Sequence record: OR142618.1
Strand: one strand, 5' to 3'
DNA: 64,000 nucleotides
Under the pieces are notes generated by a model that was not told the origin of the DNA, ran no database searches, and was given only the letters and a program-made list of their open reading frames with translations. Of this stretch, positions 48,901-55,931 are shown piece by piece. How positions within the stretch are numbered: the first letter of the stretch is position 1; each line of letters starts with the position of its first letter. Made by a program: the position numbers and the translations under genes.

Positions 48901-49691
48901 CTAATACTTTAGAGATAGTAATTCCTAATAGTGTATTAGCCGATGTATCTGACTATACTGGGTACACCGGAACTATATCTAAATTCACTACAGTATTTAA
49001 AAATACAAACATGTATGTAGCTGGCGGATATTCGTTAGGTTTCATAGATAACATAGCGTTAGTAGACGATACTGGATTAGGAACTGCACTTACTGTAGGA
49101 AGAACATATACCACAGGTATATATGATGGACCTGCGTATGTTGGTTTAGGTGCAAACTTTGCAGTATATGGATACGAAACTGCAATACAATCTATACCGG
49201 GTTCCAGTGTAGTATTGGCAGGAAATCTATGCAGGCAAGCAGGCGCTGCAATCCGTGCAGACGGTTCTATATTGTCATTTAATGCCGGACAATCTGTTTA
49301 TATTGCAAACCAAGCACAAGATGGTATTGTGTTAAAACACGGAAGTAAACTAATACACAACGACGATGCTAGTCAATCGTTTGTATTTGTGATATTCAAT
49401 AATATCAAATCCGGCACAATCCTGTCGTTAGATACAAGTATATCTACTGCTAATTTTGAAGTTAAAAACTCAGAAGGCATAATGATAGCTGCAACCAGAC
49501 ATAGTACAGTTGATGCTAGATCAGCTATTGTATCTGGAACAATAACGGGCGATTTAGAAGTAAATGCAACAGGCATGTCTGTAATCAGCATAAACGAACC
49601 TGCAGACAGTACAGATATACCATTAGCAGTTGTTTGTAATCCTGCTTATGGATCTAATATAGAATTACAAAAAGGTTACATAGGATTATAA
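42981..49691 (+). CDS. Giant repetitive tail fibre / receptor-binding protein
   Basis: Many VA.SG.Y.DL..P, L.DV..G..L.W.G..W and PNGFLRWN repeats; two tandem VDT..TLP..IAD..G..N..G..N.SI..YVD..GW domains; C-terminal YVA..G.D..GT..P..T beta-helix-like entry. Confidence 0.8.
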   Translation: MSIQSGPSVLNQFVPDFLIDSTPTNGQFLVYDDTVQAFVNSTNPRIVLDSSNILDGSITIDKLAISGNKVPGYVLTITSAGGMAFLPVPGNGGQLPSLDELLDTNIVSPTVTQYLKWDGSAWVNSNITLNDVSDVSVISPTADDVLAWESGSWTNKKIDYTSLTNKPDLSDVVRSSELSSVAFSGDYNDLVNIPSATSNTIVGLTDVNDTALPNGFLRWNASGDEVEFITSISATVITGLAPVATSGNYNDLLGKPNLSVYPLRTEFSTVATTGNYSDLNNVPLTFAPSAHTHPAAQITGLASVATSNDYNDLVNKPTAMAPTAHTHAISDIIGLQNSLDSKLTVNLTTRLPKDVIYFNGTSWINKQLSYTDISGTPNLDNYVTDSELSTVATTGRYSDLINKPELVENLNDLLDVDVSSKQTGNVLTWNGTAWVASAITQASIDWANISNKPSVFSPAAHTHDVVDVLGLQSLLDSKLDANIAFDGDYNSLTNKPGLIDLQDTFSPAVPNGFLRWNNLGTLVAYQDYIYPQDISGLSDVAISGQYSDLLGTPSLSTVAITGSYSDLIDAPPAFDGDYDSLTNKPFIPTNFDFKFIGLNDVSPTVQPGGYLKWNLDGSFVVSSANIPATDVAGLSVVSTTGQYSDLLGKPLLATVSSSGSYTDLINIPTEFNPAEHTHNIADVSGLQASLDNKLNTSDAFSGDYNDLTNAPTNSSYSLVGLSDTNSVPVANGFLRWNASGSSVEYIQTIPVNAITGLAPVASSGQYADLQGTPDLSDYVLSVSLADIATTGEYSDLINAPDLSVYANKTDLSDVATTGQYSDLLGIPTQFTPTVHVHNVSQISGLSTVATSGSYNDLSNKPSFANVATTGSYDDLNNKPSIPTNGSFSLLGLNDTNNTPVADGILRWNSSANQVIYANTIDAQSVSGLATVATIGKLSSLSDVDLIGLNQNEILQWNGSAWVPVPYNPNQIQAYIESGNTKVSTNDILDSIVLTAGPTTGNIIFELGNTNSSIILNPVANNVDALISSTSRIKLDSSTGISLGNISYPMTDGTVGQAVVTNGAGQLSFETVVKPSQLATVATSGNYNDLTNKPTLVTELNGLADVRMRDTNGNYLAQPEDVLTYSNGIWQARPNTSSSFIGLSDTQNITLPEDRANAYLRWDTTGNLIIYEDSISASVIAGLAEVATTGDLHDLINVNVNLPDMNNPATQAVWGLIWDRQNQRWINYNLRNIAGSGGSTVVALNDLTDVTLTFPVVDGNVLRATVQPDNSIVWQNKQLSYSDLTGTISMSLLQLTDTSSSAVPNGFLRWDSSGSTVQYITTISTNDITGLAPVATSGNYNDLSNTPAIPASINDLADVNTVSPVPTNGYVLTWDSSSNNWIAKEPATNPSGSTALADLTDVSLSDLAASDVLKYNGTTWVNEPVTYSELTDLPTFALVAFSGDYNDLTNKPSGSTTSILDLTDTADTALPNGFLRWNASGDEVLYQSSINVSDIIGLSGVAISGDYNDLSNKPENNSYYFRKLADAGNPQPNTFIKYPAFTIPPGSDIDDVNPILEYVSSINALTDIDNLAPVATNGILGSLVDVNLNSVEDGQVLTYDAVTNSWINKNSSGSPVVTSWTKINGNYTVTGSEYLLVDTTSASVTITLPVAPTENMVIRIADWKGTFRTNSCVVNTNGMPLMGASMDNTLTIQNQNASIELTFVDTTYGWKITDGIGEISKQNIPVTNWRTVDSSSTPAMLIAQPGEAIYVNTNNGAVTVKLPTGASVNAVVRIADLLGTYDKASCFVDGNGNPIMGKNEILEIANENASIEFTYVDSVVGWKVTDGIGELGRKTDIASDSDIIVYVATDGNDTTGSGTEESPFATLNAAFLSLDGKFVNSSAEIIVRVAEGVYEPTNPVAFSHIQGMNVKLIGELPQASSLFTVTNITNDAGLAKVTMQLSSVSDYEVGDIIKITSAATMLECVEIITAINTGSNTLEIVIPNSVLADVSDYTGYTGTISKFTTVFKNTNMYVAGGYSLGFIDNIALVDDTGLGTALTVGRTYTTGIYDGPAYVGLGANFAVYGYETAIQSIPGSSVVLAGNLCRQAGAAIRADGSILSFNAGQSVYIANQAQDGIVLKHGSKLIHNDDASQSFVFVIFNNIKSGTILSLDTSISTANFEVKNSEGIMIAATRHSTVDARSAIVSGTITGDLEVNATGMSVISINEPADSTDIPLAVVCNPAYGSNIELQKGYIGL
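43605..47428 (+). repeat. Near-identical DNA repeats within the tail fibre gene
   Basis: 43605-43657 vs 47376-47428 (52/53); 43695-43737 vs 46965-47007 (42/43); 45074-45106 vs 47294-47326 (33/33); 46217-46247 = 43706-43736. Confidence 0.85.
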
Positions 49692-49692
49692 T

Positions 49693-50079
49693 ATGTCTAA
49701 TTTAAATGATTATTTCGGTGGAACATCTAATAGCACTGGGAGTTATCCCAGTGCTATTCCTGCAAAAAGAATTAATACTTCTGCAACTACTATTACATCT
49801 GGCGAAACTAGAGACTTTATTTTAGGAGTATCATCGGGTGCTGTGTTATTCCTCGCTGTCTCTACAATAATAGGTAACCAAACAGACACATACGAACTTT
49901 ATATAAAAATAGGATCTAATATAGTAATAGATTTTGAAACATTAACTGGTAATTTTAATACAAATCAACCTGCATTTTTATTAGGTTCAGGTACAGCAAC
50001 TCTTACAGTACATAACACATCTGCAACAGATATGATGTTTAGTTCAAACACATATTTTGCACCAATATCTCTTAGTTAA
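49693..50079 (+). CDS. Small fibre-associated protein, MSNLNDYFGG N-terminus
   Basis: Follows giant fibre gene; N-terminus shared with 50195. Confidence 0.6.
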   Translation: MSNLNDYFGGTSNSTGSYPSAIPAKRINTSATTITSGETRDFILGVSSGAVLFLAVSTIIGNQTDTYELYIKIGSNIVIDFETLTGNFNTNQPAFLLGSGTATLTVHNTSATDMMFSSNTYFAPISLS

Positions 50080-50105
50080 TAAAAGGGCTTAAAAGCCCTT
50101 TTATT
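50078..50105. terminator. Intrinsic terminator
   Basis: AATAAAAGGGCTT-AA-AAGCCCTTTTATT. Confidence 0.85.
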
Positions 50106-50194
50106 ATATTTTACCTATGTTAAAATACTACTAAAATCTGGTAAATATTGTGATAACAATATAATAGATTTTAGCTAAGTGTAAAAGGAAACAT

Positions 50195-53100
50195 ATGTCT
50201 AATTTAAATGATTTTTTTGGATCAAGTGGATCAGAAGGCGGGGGAGCCGAAGTTAAAAGACTAGACGACTTAGTAGACGTTTCTGTAGCTAGTCCAACTA
50301 ACGGTCAAACCCTTGTTTTTGACAACACAGGCTGGGTAAACAGAAAACTTAGCTACAATGATTTATCTAATCTTCCGTCTATATCAAACACATTAAGTGG
50401 ATTAGATGATGTAGACACTGCCGGTACTATAGCCGGATATGTATTACAATTTAACGGAATAAAATGGGTAGGTATGCCTGCCAGTAGTTCCATTTCGTTA
50501 GACGATTTATCTAATGTTGCTATTACAGCACCCTCAATAAACCAAACACTGCTATTTAATGGATCAACATGGTATAACGGATCTGTAGATTTTAATAATT
50601 TAATAAACACACCCGTTATTCCTACACAGTTAGGCGATTTGTCAGATGTTTCTGTCAGTGCTTCTACTCAAGAAGGAAGTGTACTAGTTTTTAGAACAGG
50701 ACAATGGATCGGTTCTGTAATAAATTACAACGATTTGTCAAATACTCCTACGATACCGCAAAACGATTCATTTACATTCTTAGGTTTATCCGATACTAAC
50801 GATATACCGGAAGCAAATGGGTTTTTAAAATGGAACAATTTAAGTACAGAAATAGAATATGTTACTTCAATTCCTTCGTCTGCTATAACAGGATTAGCCA
50901 ATGTTGCAACAACCGGTTTATTATCCAATTTAGTAGATGTGAATGTCAGTGGTGTATCTAATGGCCAGGTTCTAACATATAATTCCTCTTCTAGCACATG
51001 GGTTCCTACTACGCCATCAACTGGCGGCGGAACAAGTGATCCTACTGCTATTTTTAGTACAGACGGTAATACGTATATTAATACTGAAGAATTAGTAGAC
51101 GAGCTAGTTTTAAAAACCGGACCTGGATCCGGAAATGTAAATGTCGTTCTCGGTGGCAGCGGCAAGATTGTCGTCGAAGGTCAATCTCCGGAAATAATAT
51201 CGGAAACTAGTTTAAAATTAACAGGTAGCAATTTATATTTAAATGAACTATCTTGGCCTACGACTGACGGAACGAGCGGTCAAGTTTTAGCTACAGACGG
51301 AAATGGAAATCTCTCATTTATAACAGTATCGTCCGGTGGAACTACTATACTCATAAACTGGCGCGGCGAATGGGAAGAAACTAGTTATAATATAAACGAC
51401 GCTGTAAGTTATGCTGGTTCTAGTTATATATGTGTTGCTGAAGTAGCTGGCGGCGATATTTCTGTTCCGCCTAGCAATACAAACTTAAATTGGAATATAC
51501 TAGCACTAAAAGGTGAAGACGGATCATTCTTTACTTATACGGGAACTTATGATTCTAATACTGAATATGTAGATAAAGATGTAGTTTATTATAACGGTTC
51601 ATCTTATGTAGTGTTAGACGGGCAAGGACCTATTACAGGAATCACCCCCACTGACCAATCTAAATGGGGTATATTAGCGTTAGCTGGTTCTGGAGGAACA
51701 GGCAGTGGTTTTACTTACAAAAATGAATATAATAATTCGGAAACTTATCAAGACCAGGACGTTGTTAGTTATGGAGGATCTTCATACATTGTTAGTCCTG
51801 GCAACGGTCCTGTTACTGGTATTTTGCCTACCGATTCTTCTATTTGGGGTATTATTGCACTCAAGGGTCAAGACGGGTCTGGAACAGGTAACCAGTCGCT
51901 TGAAGATTTAACTGATGTATCTAGTGCCACTCCTACTTCGGGGAATGTGTTAGTAGCTAACGGGTCATCATGGTCTTCTTCTAAGTTATCATATAGTCAA
52001 CTCCAAGGTCTACCCACTTTATCTGTAGTTGCTACTTCTGGTAGTTATAATGACTTATTAGATAAACCTTCTAATACAGGAACATTTATTGGATTATCAG
52101 ATACTGATACTCCTTCCCTACCGAATGGATTTTTAAAATGGAATGCACAAGGAACATCTATATCTTATGTACAATCAATACCTTCAGAATCTATTTCTGG
52201 TTTGGCTACTGTTGCTACTACCGGTGATTATAGCGATTTAACTAATACACCTAACATACCAGTTATTCTAGACGACTTGACTGATGTGAATTTAGTTACG
52301 CCTCCTGTAACAGGACAAGCTTTAGTATACAACGGTACGTATTGGTTGGCAGGCAATGCCGGAAGCGGTTCGAGCACACTAGCATCATTAACTGACGTTA
52401 ACTTAACTACTCCTACCAACAATCAAGTATTATCGTATGACAATACACAAAATTTGTGGATTAATACACAAATAGATTATGATGATATTTTAAATACACC
52501 TAGTATACCCGTAAATAATAGCTTTAGCTTGGTTGGGTTGAACGACACGGATAATTCTGCTATTCCGAACGCATTCTTAAAATGGAACTCAACTGGGAAT
52601 TCAGTAGAATATGTTCAGTCTATTTCTGCTAGTAGTATAACAGGATTATCTACTGTTGCTACAACTGGAGACTACAACGACTTAACTAATTTACCTTCTA
52701 TTCCAGAAAATATAAGTGATTTAAATGACGTAGATACATCTACTGCACCTACTGATGGTCAAATACTCATATATAGTGCAGCACTAGGAAAGTGGATTCC
52801 TGGAGATCAAAGCGGTACTAGTCCAGTTCCAGGCGGCTTCCCCGGCGAATGGTTAAAAATCAATTATACCCCCGGCAATTTAATAGGTACAATTGAGTGT
52901 TCGCCTAACATATCATACACTATAGTAGATAATGTTGCAAATAATAATCTTACTTTAGATTTAGTATTTGCAAATAGACCATACCCGCCTGCTGGATGGA
53001 TGTGGTATGGTTACTTAGTAACACAAGGCAGATATGTATTAAAAATGCAAGATACTACTAGTCATCCGCATACGTTAGAGCTTACAACTACTGAAAATCC

Positions 53101-53215
53101 GTTTGGGACAGGAACTGGAAAATTATCAGGATTCCAGTGCAGGGTATCAACTACTGGAGCCCAAAGTTATGGTCCTCTTCAGCCTACGCATGCATATGTG
53201 ATATTTGGGTGGTAA
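50195..53215 (+). CDS. Second repetitive tail fibre protein
   Basis: Same repeat vocabulary as 42981; three W/Y..Y...D.V.Y.GSSY (CBM5/12-like) units; TAAATA at 50142. Confidence 0.8.
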   Translation: MSNLNDFFGSSGSEGGGAEVKRLDDLVDVSVASPTNGQTLVFDNTGWVNRKLSYNDLSNLPSISNTLSGLDDVDTAGTIAGYVLQFNGIKWVGMPASSSISLDDLSNVAITAPSINQTLLFNGSTWYNGSVDFNNLINTPVIPTQLGDLSDVSVSASTQEGSVLVFRTGQWIGSVINYNDLSNTPTIPQNDSFTFLGLSDTNDIPEANGFLKWNNLSTEIEYVTSIPSSAITGLANVATTGLLSNLVDVNVSGVSNGQVLTYNSSSSTWVPTTPSTGGGTSDPTAIFSTDGNTYINTEELVDELVLKTGPGSGNVNVVLGGSGKIVVEGQSPEIISETSLKLTGSNLYLNELSWPTTDGTSGQVLATDGNGNLSFITVSSGGTTILINWRGEWEETSYNINDAVSYAGSSYICVAEVAGGDISVPPSNTNLNWNILALKGEDGSFFTYTGTYDSNTEYVDKDVVYYNGSSYVVLDGQGPITGITPTDQSKWGILALAGSGGTGSGFTYKNEYNNSETYQDQDVVSYGGSSYIVSPGNGPVTGILPTDSSIWGIIALKGQDGSGTGNQSLEDLTDVSSATPTSGNVLVANGSSWSSSKLSYSQLQGLPTLSVVATSGSYNDLLDKPSNTGTFIGLSDTDTPSLPNGFLKWNAQGTSISYVQSIPSESISGLATVATTGDYSDLTNTPNIPVILDDLTDVNLVTPPVTGQALVYNGTYWLAGNAGSGSSTLASLTDVNLTTPTNNQVLSYDNTQNLWINTQIDYDDILNTPSIPVNNSFSLVGLNDTDNSAIPNAFLKWNSTGNSVEYVQSISASSITGLSTVATTGDYNDLTNLPSIPENISDLNDVDTSTAPTDGQILIYSAALGKWIPGDQSGTSPVPGGFPGEWLKINYTPGNLIGTIECSPNISYTIVDNVANNNLTLDLVFANRPYPPAGWMWYGYLVTQGRYVLKMQDTTSHPHTLELTTTENPFGTGTGKLSGFQCRVSTTGAQSYGPLQPTHAYVIFGW

Positions 53216-53218
53216 TAT

Positions 53219-55192
53219 ATGATTTTATCTATACCTAATAAAGTAATTCAACTGAATATACAATCAGCAGTTGGTAAAGATTATTGGCCGTACAATCAAG
53301 GCGACGAATTCTGGGAAAACGGAAGTTCTCCCAGATTTTATACATGGATTATATCTGCAACCGTTATTCCGCAGTTTCATAGTTACGAAAATACAAGAGA
53401 ACCATATACATATAACGGTTTAGATTTAAATGTAGGGGATTGGATATCTAACACCGATATACCGCAAGCTTTTGAAATTATTTCTATAACTGAAAAAACA
53501 GAAACGTCATTAGTTGCAGTAATTAGAGATACATTTAGGTATAATACATTTTCTGCAATTTCACAAGATGGATTAATAAGTCCCCAATTAGGTAATAATA
53601 TATTATTCACTCTTAGTGTAGATGGAATGCCATTATTAGATCCATTGCCGGCGTCTATAAACAAATATGGTTTTGTTTCATCGTTAGATAGTAGATTTAG
53701 AAAAGAAAAGAAAAATGAAATATTACAATTATACAAAGAAAATAACGGATTTATAAAAGGCGATATATTATCTTTAGATCCTGCTGCAGGATACATCTTA
53801 TCAGACAATAACATTACTCATAAAATTTTAGGGACAGTATACAGTTCGGGACCGGGTCCAAATGATTTCATAGTTTCTCCTGTAAATGTTTTTAGTAAAA
53901 ACTATCAAGCATCTGTATTAGGCCAAATCGGTGACACTTTATATATTTCTGATACAGATCCCGGAAAGTTAACTACCGAAAATACGGGTGTTCCTGCATA
54001 TGTAAAAATAACAAATGCAATACAAGGAACATCTATTACAACAAAAAGCACAGATAATATGACAATTGTTGTAGGAAACACATTTTCTCTAAATAATTCT
54101 AACATAGTTATACCTTCTACTAATATTCAAGATCTCGTAAATAGAATTAATACATTTACTATTGATACAGGAATAGAAAGCTCTTTGCAGTTGGCGCCTA
54201 CTAGTTGTGTGTCAAATACAGCTGACATGGCATTCGGTGGTATATTTGTTGGTATAACTCCGCCAGGTTCAGCAAAAATAAACAATGTTGAAATAATATT
54301 CAATAGCGACACTGCTAGCCCAGGTCAATGGGGTGAAGCAAATGATGTTGCTATAGCTATTAATAATGCAAACATACCTGGCATAGTAGCAATAGCAGAG
54401 AATGGGCAAGTTACATTAACTAATACGTTAGGAACAGAGATAGTTATAGAAAATATAAGTAATGAAAGTTTTGGTTCTCCTATAGCAGGTCCAAATTCTG
54501 CAACCGGCTTGCCGTTATACACACCTGCTGCAACTAACAGTTTTATGAAATTTGTTAGTTTAACAGGCACCGGAATTATATTTAAAAATATATTAGGAAA
54601 TCCAATAGACGAACTCGGTTTACTATCTAACGAAAATGGAATGCCTGCATATGTTATGTCAGTTGCTAACGGCATACGAACGGCAGACACGTATGTAGTA
54701 GCAAATATATCTGCAAGAGATGCATTAACTCCGTTAACGGGCGATCAAGCATATGTAATTGACGGAATGTTGCCGAACGGATCCAAGGCAGGTGAATGGG
54801 CACTATATTTATGGAACGGAAATAGTTGGATAAAAACAGCCGATGAAGATTCTGCAAAAACAGATGCAAGTTCTATAGAACTAGAAATACAATATAATTC
54901 CTTAGAAGCTGTTACTATAGGAAAAATGAGTAATAATTCTAAAGTTACGCAAATATCTATTACTGTAGAAGAAATATTCAGTAACGAAAATGCAACATTG
55001 TCTATAGGAACAGACATTAATAACACAGACATATTAATGAGTTCTGATTTTATAGATTTAACTGTAGAAGACACTTATTTTATAACACCTAATGTATATT
55101 TCGATTCCGGAACCGATACAGAAATTGTAGCTTATTTGGATAGTAACGGATCTACTACCGGACGAGTAAAGATAATTGTATCATACACATAA
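53219..55192 (+). CDS. Putative virion structural protein
   Basis: 657 aa, beta-rich; C-terminal domain similar to that of 55932. Confidence 0.55.
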   Translation: MILSIPNKVIQLNIQSAVGKDYWPYNQGDEFWENGSSPRFYTWIISATVIPQFHSYENTREPYTYNGLDLNVGDWISNTDIPQAFEIISITEKTETSLVAVIRDTFRYNTFSAISQDGLISPQLGNNILFTLSVDGMPLLDPLPASINKYGFVSSLDSRFRKEKKNEILQLYKENNGFIKGDILSLDPAAGYILSDNNITHKILGTVYSSGPGPNDFIVSPVNVFSKNYQASVLGQIGDTLYISDTDPGKLTTENTGVPAYVKITNAIQGTSITTKSTDNMTIVVGNTFSLNNSNIVIPSTNIQDLVNRINTFTIDTGIESSLQLAPTSCVSNTADMAFGGIFVGITPPGSAKINNVEIIFNSDTASPGQWGEANDVAIAINNANIPGIVAIAENGQVTLTNTLGTEIVIENISNESFGSPIAGPNSATGLPLYTPAATNSFMKFVSLTGTGIIFKNILGNPIDELGLLSNENGMPAYVMSVANGIRTADTYVVANISARDALTPLTGDQAYVIDGMLPNGSKAGEWALYLWNGNSWIKTADEDSAKTDASSIELEIQYNSLEAVTIGKMSNNSKVTQISITVEEIFSNENATLSIGTDINNTDILMSSDFIDLTVEDTYFITPNVYFDSGTDTEIVAYLDSNGSTTGRVKIIVSYT

Positions 55193-55229
55193 GACAGGTA
55201 AATATCTTTATTAACACGGATTGTATAAA

Positions 55230-55865
55230 ATGATAAAAAGTTTTCTTCTTAGTGCTGTATCTAATGTTTTACAGTTTGGAAAAAAAGGTGGAAAAATAAC
55301 ATATACGCCTGAAACATCTAGTTTTAAAGTAGAAACGGATAGCAATGTATTATGTCCGATCGCCGTAGGACCGGCAACTGCAACTACACATGCCGTTCCT
55401 AAAAGTTATGTAGATGGAAGAACTACAAAGTACACAATGCAAGCTGACAAAACAGTTTCTGGTTCTACATTAAGTGCAATAACAGAATTTACTAGTATAT
55501 CATTAGAAGCAAATACAACATATTCATACACGTTATTATTGTTATATTCTTCCAATAATACTGCTGCCGGTATAAAATATCAATTAATGACAAATGGATC
55601 ATTGACTAGATCTTTTTCTAGTGTAGAAAATGCAAAAACAGGAACAGCATCAACACTTGTAAACGGTTTTGTTTTAGGAGCAAGTGCAACTATTACAGTA
55701 ACTACGGTTGCTATTGCAAATAACTTGTATAATGTTTGGGTTCAAGGTTTTATAGAAAATTCTGGAGGATCACCAGACACACTAACTATATCTCTTGCTT
55801 CGTCGTCATCCGGCGCGTCGTGTTCTGCATACGCAGGTTCCCAGTTGGTTATGACTAGATTATAA
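55230..55865 (+). CDS. Putative tail-fibre-like protein
   Basis: K.F.....QFGKKGG N-terminus and H..P(K)SYVD shared with 55932; TAAATA at 55199. Confidence 0.55.
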   Translation: MIKSFLLSAVSNVLQFGKKGGKITYTPETSSFKVETDSNVLCPIAVGPATATTHAVPKSYVDGRTTKYTMQADKTVSGSTLSAITEFTSISLEANTTYSYTLLLLYSSNNTAAGIKYQLMTNGSLTRSFSSVENAKTGTASTLVNGFVLGASATITVTTVAIANNLYNVWVQGFIENSGGSPDTLTISLASSSSGASCSAYAGSQLVMTRL

Positions 55866-55888
55866 TCTTAGCAAGTAAAAATACAAAA

Positions 55889-55908
55889 ATACCGATAAAT
55901 ATCGGTAT
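55889..55908 (+). promoter_or_regulatory. Late promoter embedded in a 9-bp inverted repeat
   Basis: ATACCGATA-AA-TATCGGTAT, TAAATA at 55896-55901. Confidence 0.65.
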
Positions 55909-55931
55909 AATATATCGAAGGACTAATAACA

